Shown: one piece after another, positions 6,962 to 10,888 of the stretch | Layout: every line of letters begins with the position of its first letter | How positions within the stretch are numbered: position 1 is the first letter of the stretch | Origin: Myxococcota bacterium | GTDB lineage: Bacteria > Myxococcota > JACRCW01 | Reading direction: 5' to 3' | Assembly: GCA_040752415.1 (NCBI GenBank) | Contig: JBFMGU010000326.1 | Span: 1 to 10,888 of the forward strand | Length of the DNA stretch: 10,888 nt | Position numbers and translations under genes: made by a program | Notes under the pieces: generated by a model | Database searches by the model: none | What the model was told of the DNA's origin: nothing | The model's input: only the letters and a program-made list of their open reading frames with translations

Positions 6962-7768
6962 TCAGCCGCCGTAGACCATGGGCAGCACGGGCTTGGCCCA
7001 CTTGTCCTTGTTGGGCTTGAGGAGCTTGTGCTGCGCGTCCTTCTCGGCGTCACCGCCCTTGGCCGGGGAGACCAGCATGTCCATGAAGTGCGGGTCGTCG
7101 TCGGCGTCCATGCCGCCGCCAAAGCGGTGCGGCCCCTCGAACTCGTTGACCTTGCGGTTCAGCACGTCCTTGGCGTCGGGGTAGCCCTCGTTGGAGGACA
7201 CCAGGGCCTGCCAGCCCCAGGAGGCCTTCGGCTCACCCAGGTCCTTCTTGCTCACCAGCGCGGTGATGGTCTTGCCCTTGGCGCTGACGGAGCGGGGCAC
7301 CACCAACATCGCCTTGTGCTTGGGGCTCTTCTGGGCCACCTCGGAGCGGACGCGCGCGGCGGGCTGCGGGGAGATGAGGATGACCTTCTCGAACGCACTC
7401 TCGTCGGCAAACGTGGCGTTCATGCCAGCAATGGCCTGCGTCTCACCGCTCTTGGGCTTGTGGTCGGTGTCCACGTAGACCTGCACGAACTGCGTGGAGA
7501 AGTTGGCACCGCCCTGCTTGGCCATGCCCCACGGATCCTCGATGGAGGCGTCGAACGTGAGGTCGATCTGGATGTCCGGACCGGCCTCCTTCACGCTCAT
7601 CTCGACGAGATCAAAGCTGCCGCGCGTGTACACGGCGTCGGTGGGATAGGTGTAGCTGCCGGGGCCGTCGTCGTCACCCTTGGGGTCCTTGAGGGTGACG
7701 GAGAAGGCGGCGTGGGCGGGAAGCGCGTGGGTGAGCAGCGCCAGGATCAGGAGAGGAGAAAAGCGCAT
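6962..7768 (-). CDS. Secreted stand-alone glucodextranase C-terminal / DOMON-like domain protein (268 aa)
   Basis: Signal peptide MRFSPLLILALLTHALPAHA. Signature DPKGDDDGPGSYTYPT...GSFDL, then DPWG...NFSTQFVQVYVDTD and RFGGG...DPHFMDML. These motifs are characteristic of the Glucodextran_C/DOMON-like module found in glucodextranases and GH57 amylopullulanases. GGAGG (7779-7775) lies 6 nt before ATG 7768. Confidence 0.88.
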   Translation of the reverse strand: MRFSPLLILALLTHALPAHAAFSVTLKDPKGDDDGPGSYTYPTDAVYTRGSFDLVEMSVKEAGPDIQIDLTFDASIEDPWGMAKQGGANFSTQFVQVYVDTDHKPKSGETQAIAGMNATFADESAFEKVILISPQPAARVRSEVAQKSPKHKAMLVVPRSVSAKGKTITALVSKKDLGEPKASWGWQALVSSNEGYPDAKDVLNRKVNEFEGPHRFGGGMDADDDPHFMDMLVSPAKGGDAEKDAQHKLLKPNKDKWAKPVLPMVYGG

Positions 7769-7793
7769 GGTCAGCCTCCAGCAAGGGGTGGCC

Positions 7794-7823
7794 CTTCTAG
7801 TTCTCGGCATTGTTCAGGGTCAA
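7794..7823 (-). promoter_or_regulatory. Candidate sigma70-type promoter for the DOMON/beta-barrel/malK/malEF/malG operon
   Basis: Minus strand reads TTGACC (7823-7818), an 18-nt spacer, then TAGAAG (7799-7794). It lies 25 nt upstream of the 7768 start, in a locally AT-richer intergenic stretch. Confidence 0.5.
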
Positions 7824-7824
7824 C

Positions 7825-7850
7825 GCGCACCTGTCCGAGGGACGGCGCGC
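7825..7850 (-). terminator. GC-rich hairpin downstream of the discoidin-domain gene (possible terminator or pause site)
   Basis: Minus strand GCGCGCC-GTCC-CTC-GGAC-A-GGTGCGC forms an 11-bp stem with one G-U pair and one bulge, 18 nt after the stop. It has no U-tract, so a terminator role is uncertain. Confidence 0.3.
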
Positions 7851-7868
7851 CAGGCTTGAGACGCCCGC

Positions 7869-8834
7869 TCAGCCCTTCTTCTTCTGCTGCTTGCGGGAGA
7901 GCTCCTGGATTTCCCCGCTGCTGAGCAGGCTGCAGAAGGCCACTTCCGCCACGTGGGTGTCGTCCTTGCGGTCGCCCAGGTACACGCTGTCCACGCGCAG
8001 GACCATCTTCACCACCTCGGGCTCCGCCACCTTGATGAAACGCATCTCCGGCTTGTTGGCAAAGCTGACCTCCGTCTTGTTCCCCGCGAGGTCAATGCCC
8101 AGGTCGGCGAAGTCCAGGTTGGCGGAGGTGTCGCCGGTGGTGCTCTGCGTGCTCACCTCCAGGACCGCGCGGTGGATGCGGTTGAAGTCCCGGAAATCCC
8201 GTTGTCCGGTGCCCTTGCCCGGGTACACTGCCATCAGGCCCACGCCCACCGGCTTGGGAAACTCGAAGGTCAGCGACTCCCCGATCCCCGTCCCCGACGC
8301 ACCCTCCGCCCAGCTCGTCGTGATGTCCTGGTCGTAGACGTTCTTGACGTCGGCGTTGTCGGTGCGGACGGTGCTGGAGGCCTTGAGCTTGATGCCCCCG
8401 AAGGGATCCCCCGCGTCGCCACGGAGGCCCAGCTCCTTGCCCAGCGTGAGCGTGAGCGGGCGCAGGTCATCCGCGGCGCGGTCTCCGCGTGCAAGCTGCA
8501 GGTTCAGCTCCTTGCCCTGCACGCCCACGTCGGCGGGATAGGTGTCCTCCAGCAGCACGCAACCGGCGTTGCGCAGCACCCCGCCCTTCTGCTTGAGCAC
8601 CAGGATTCCCCCAGCGGTGTTGCCGTCGTCCTGGCGGTCGCGAAAGGCGAGGAGCGTCTCCTTGAGGACGTCGCCGTCGAGGTCCACGTCCAGCACCTTG
8701 GTGATGCGGTAGTCGCGCGCCAGGGCTTCATACTCGGGCGTGGCCTTGTACGGGCCGTCCTCGGCGCCACGGACCGCCCCCACGGCCAGTGTGGCAACCA
8801 GGGGAAGCAGACGGGAGACGAGGTGACGACGCAT
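7869..8834 (-). CDS. Secreted protein with a C-terminal discoidin-like (NADase-type glycan-binding / F5/8 type C-like) domain (321 aa)
   Basis: Signal peptide MRRHLVSRLLPLVATLAVGAVRGA and a Ca-binding-like loop DVDLDGDVLKE. The C-terminal motif series KASST...NVYDQDITTSWAEGASGTGIGESLTFEF...FNR...LRVDSVYLGDRKDDTHVAEVAF matches that fold family. ATG 8834 is preferred over the in-frame TTG 8843. Confidence 0.78.
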   Translation of the reverse strand: MRRHLVSRLLPLVATLAVGAVRGAEDGPYKATPEYEALARDYRITKVLDVDLDGDVLKETLLAFRDRQDDGNTAGGILVLKQKGGVLRNAGCVLLEDTYPADVGVQGKELNLQLARGDRAADDLRPLTLTLGKELGLRGDAGDPFGGIKLKASSTVRTDNADVKNVYDQDITTSWAEGASGTGIGESLTFEFPKPVGVGLMAVYPGKGTGQRDFRDFNRIHRAVLEVSTQSTTGDTSANLDFADLGIDLAGNKTEVSFANKPEMRFIKVAEPEVVKMVLRVDSVYLGDRKDDTHVAEVAFCSLLSSGEIQELSRKQQKKKG

Positions 8835-8888
8835 GGCTCTCAAGGGCTCTGGGTATCGGCCGGGGGTGGGGATGAGTTTCCGGGCCTG

Positions 8889-8916
8889 ATCATGCTCGCT
8901 TGGGCGTGGGGGTCAA
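8889..8916 (-). promoter_or_regulatory. Candidate sigma70-type promoter for the discoidin-domain gene
   Basis: Minus strand TTGACC (8916-8911), a 16-nt spacer, then CATGAT (8894-8889). Confidence 0.4.
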
Positions 8917-8935
8917 TTTTCGAGAAGACGCCGGT

Positions 8936-8964
8936 TTGACGGTCCCCGCCGGGGTGGATACGCC
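8936..8964 (+). promoter_or_regulatory. Candidate sigma70-type promoter for the acyl-CoA dehydrogenase gene
   Basis: TTGACG (8936-8941), a 17-nt spacer, then TACGCC (8959-8964; weak -10). RBS GGAGG follows at 8979-8983. Confidence 0.35.
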
Positions 8965-8990
8965 TGCGCGCGGGGGACGGAGGTTGCACC

Positions 8991-10721
8991 ATGCCAGGTG
9001 GTCGAGAGCGGCGCGGCGGAGGGTTCCTGTTTTCATCCCGTCTGGACGAGACGGTGTTCACGCCGGAGATGTTCACGGCGGATCAACTTGCGCTGCACGA
9101 CACCGTGGCGGCGTTCACCGCCAAGGAGGTCATTCCCCGCACTCCCGAGCTGGAGCGCAAGGAGCCGGGCCTGCTTCCGTCGCTGCTGCGCAAGATGGGG
9201 GAGCTGGGCGGCCTGGGCCTCGACGTGCCCGAGGAATACGGCGGCACCGGCCAGTCCAAGGTGACCAGCATGCTGGTGAGTGAGGCCACGAGCCAGGAAG
9301 CCAATTGGACGGTGACATTTGGCGCGCACACCGGCATCGGTTCGCTGCCCATCGTCTTCTTCGGGAACGCGGAGCAGAAGGCGCGCTATCTGCCCAAGCT
9401 GGCGACGGGAGAATGGGTGGCGGCCTATGCGTTGACGGAGAGCGGCAGCGGCTCCGACGCATTGAATGCCCGCGCCACCGCGCGGCTCTCCTCCGACGGG
9501 AAACACTGGATCCTCAACGGCCAGAAGCAATGGATCACCAACGCGGGCTTCGCGGACGTGTTCACGGTGTTCGCCAAGATCGACGGGGAGCGGTTCAGCG
9601 CGTTCATCGTGGAGAAGGGCTACCCGGGCGTCTCGGTGGGGCCGGAGGAGAACAAGCTGGGCATCCGTGGCTCGTCGACGCGCACGCTGATTCTCGAGGA
9701 CACGCCGGTGCCGGTGGGCAACCTGCTGGGAGAGGCGGGCAAGGGCCACAAGATTGCGTTCAACATCCTGAACGTGGGGCGGCTGAAGCTGGGGATCTTC
9801 GCCGTGGGCGGCGTGAAGTCCATCCTGAAGCAGGGGTTGAAGTACCCGCAGGAGCGCAAGCAGTTCGGCAAGCCCATCATCGAGTTCGGACTGATCCGGG
9901 AGAAGCTGAGCAACATCATCGTCGACCTCTACGCGCTGGAGGCCATGGGCTACCGCGCGGCCGGCGGCATCGACGAGTTCATTGCCGAGACGAGCAAGGG
10001 CATGGAGGGGCTGGAGGAGTTCAACGTGGAGAGCTCCATCCTGAAGGTGTACGGCTCGGAGCTGCTCTTCCGCACCGCCGACGAGGCGCTGCAGATCCTC
10101 GGCGGGTACGGCTACATGGAGGACTACCCGGTGGCCAAGGTGTACCGGGACGTGCGCATCAACCGCATCTTCGAGGGCACCAACGAGATCAACCGCATGC
10201 TCGTCCCCGGCGTGATCCTGAAGCGCGCCATGAAGGGCGAGTTGCCGCTCATGGACGAGTACACCGCCTTGGACCCCGACAACGTCCCCACCTACCGCCT
10301 CCCCGACGCGCCCCTGGCCCGCGCCACCGAGCAGGCCCGCATCCTCGCCGTGGTGCTCACCGGCAAGGCGGTGGCCAAGCACATGATGGAGCTGGAGAAC
10401 CAGCAGGAGATCCTCGCCGCGCTGGCCGACGTCATGATGAGCGCGTACGCGCTGGACAGCGTGCGTCGACGGGTGGCGCACACCGGCGGCGCACCGGATC
10501 ACCAGCTGCTGGGTGAGACGTTTGCCGCCGGTGAGGTGGACCGCGTCATTGCGCGCGCTTCCCGACTGGCACTGGACCTGGGCGGACCGGAGCTGCGCAA
10601 GCAGTTGTCGACGGTGCTGGAGCCGTTGCCGCTGAACCGCATGGAGGGGCTGAGGCAGGTGGCCACCGCGCTCGTCGAGCACAATGGGTACTGGCTGGGC
10701 GCGAGCGCACCGAGGAAGTGA
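8991..10721 (+). CDS. fadE: Acyl-CoA dehydrogenase, long form with C-terminal extension (FadE/YusJ, VLCAD/ACAD9-like; 576 aa)
   Basis: N-terminal GGGFL...VFTPEMF, then AYALTESGSGSDA, NGQKQWITNAG, KLGIRGSST, ERKQFG, GGYGYMEDY and RIFEGTNEINR with the catalytic Glu. An extra C-terminal helical domain contains QQEILAALAD. GGAGG lies 7 nt before the ATG. Confidence 0.93.
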   Translation: MPGGRERRGGGFLFSSRLDETVFTPEMFTADQLALHDTVAAFTAKEVIPRTPELERKEPGLLPSLLRKMGELGGLGLDVPEEYGGTGQSKVTSMLVSEATSQEANWTVTFGAHTGIGSLPIVFFGNAEQKARYLPKLATGEWVAAYALTESGSGSDALNARATARLSSDGKHWILNGQKQWITNAGFADVFTVFAKIDGERFSAFIVEKGYPGVSVGPEENKLGIRGSSTRTLILEDTPVPVGNLLGEAGKGHKIAFNILNVGRLKLGIFAVGGVKSILKQGLKYPQERKQFGKPIIEFGLIREKLSNIIVDLYALEAMGYRAAGGIDEFIAETSKGMEGLEEFNVESSILKVYGSELLFRTADEALQILGGYGYMEDYPVAKVYRDVRINRIFEGTNEINRMLVPGVILKRAMKGELPLMDEYTALDPDNVPTYRLPDAPLARATEQARILAVVLTGKAVAKHMMELENQQEILAALADVMMSAYALDSVRRRVAHTGGAPDHQLLGETFAAGEVDRVIARASRLALDLGGPELRKQLSTVLEPLPLNRMEGLRQVATALVEHNGYWLGASAPRK

Positions 10722-10730
10722 CAACGGGCC

Positions 10731-10756
10731 GGCCCACGTCGTCGACCGGGGCCTTT
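10731..10756 (+). terminator. Weak candidate intrinsic terminator after the acyl-CoA dehydrogenase
   Basis: GGCCC (10731-10735) pairs with GGGCC (10749-10753), with an inner GTC/GAC pairing, followed by TTT. The stem is imperfect and the U-tract is short. Confidence 0.3.
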
Positions 10757-10888
10757 CCCCCTCCCCCTCCCACTCCCGGGAAGTCAGAGGACCAGGCTCA
10801 AAACGTTCATCCCACGTCGCCGAGCGCGCATGTGCCGCCGTTGGGGACAGACGCGGCACCCAGCGGCCCTCTGACTTCCCGGGAGGGG
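10757..10888. repeat. Extragenic inverted-repeat element (REP/MITE-like), probably continuing past the window end
   Basis: CTCCCGGGAAGTCAGAGG (10773-10790) is the exact reverse complement of CCTCTGACTTCCCGGGAG (10868-10885), with a 77-bp spacer. Pairing resumes outward after one mismatch up to the last base. The left arm is preceded by hexamer-like units CCCCCT CCCCCT (10757-10768). Confidence 0.8.

Noticed and set aside
7781..7796. Possible sigma54 GG-N10-GC element (AAGGGCCACCCCTTGCT, minus strand)
   Set aside because: The -24 box departs from TGGCAC, and the implied start site would fall at the ATG, excluding the strong GGAGG.
7028..8939. Plus-strand ORFs 7028-7924, 7810-8337 and 7953-8939
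   Set aside because: They are antisense to the DOMON and discoidin genes, which have signal peptides and family motifs.
9033..10859. 608-aa minus-strand ORF and the 403-aa plus-strand alternative frame (9305-10516)
   Set aside because: Both overlap the clearly identified acyl-CoA dehydrogenase and show no domain signatures.
10757..10888. tRNA, SRP RNA, CRISPR array or IS end
   Set aside because: No cloverleaf or T-loop motif, no SRP helix-8 GGAAG/CAGC arrangement, no repeat-spacer periodicity, and no transposase in the window.

Overview
GC-rich bacterial window, probably Myxococcota or a related delta-type lineage (inferred from gene content). Most of it is a co-directional minus-strand cluster of six genes. 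In transcription order: a secreted discoidin/NADase-type glycan-binding-domain protein (7869-8834), a secreted stand-alone glucodextranase-C/DOMON-like protein (6962-7768), a large unassigned outer-membrane beta-barrel candidate (4610-6853), a MalK-type ATPase (3527-4597), a MalE-MalF fusion (1293-3524) and MalG (463-1290). This looks like an alpha-glucan/maltodextrin uptake system with a non-LamB, non-TonB outer-membrane component and no hydrolase or regulator in the cluster. On the left it is flanked by the 3' end of a convergent glycine-rich gene. On the right are a divergent FadE-like acyl-CoA dehydrogenase (8991-10721) and a REP/MITE-like element with a perfect 18-bp inverted repeat that runs off the window end. 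All family assignments come from recognising motifs by eye; no searches were run.
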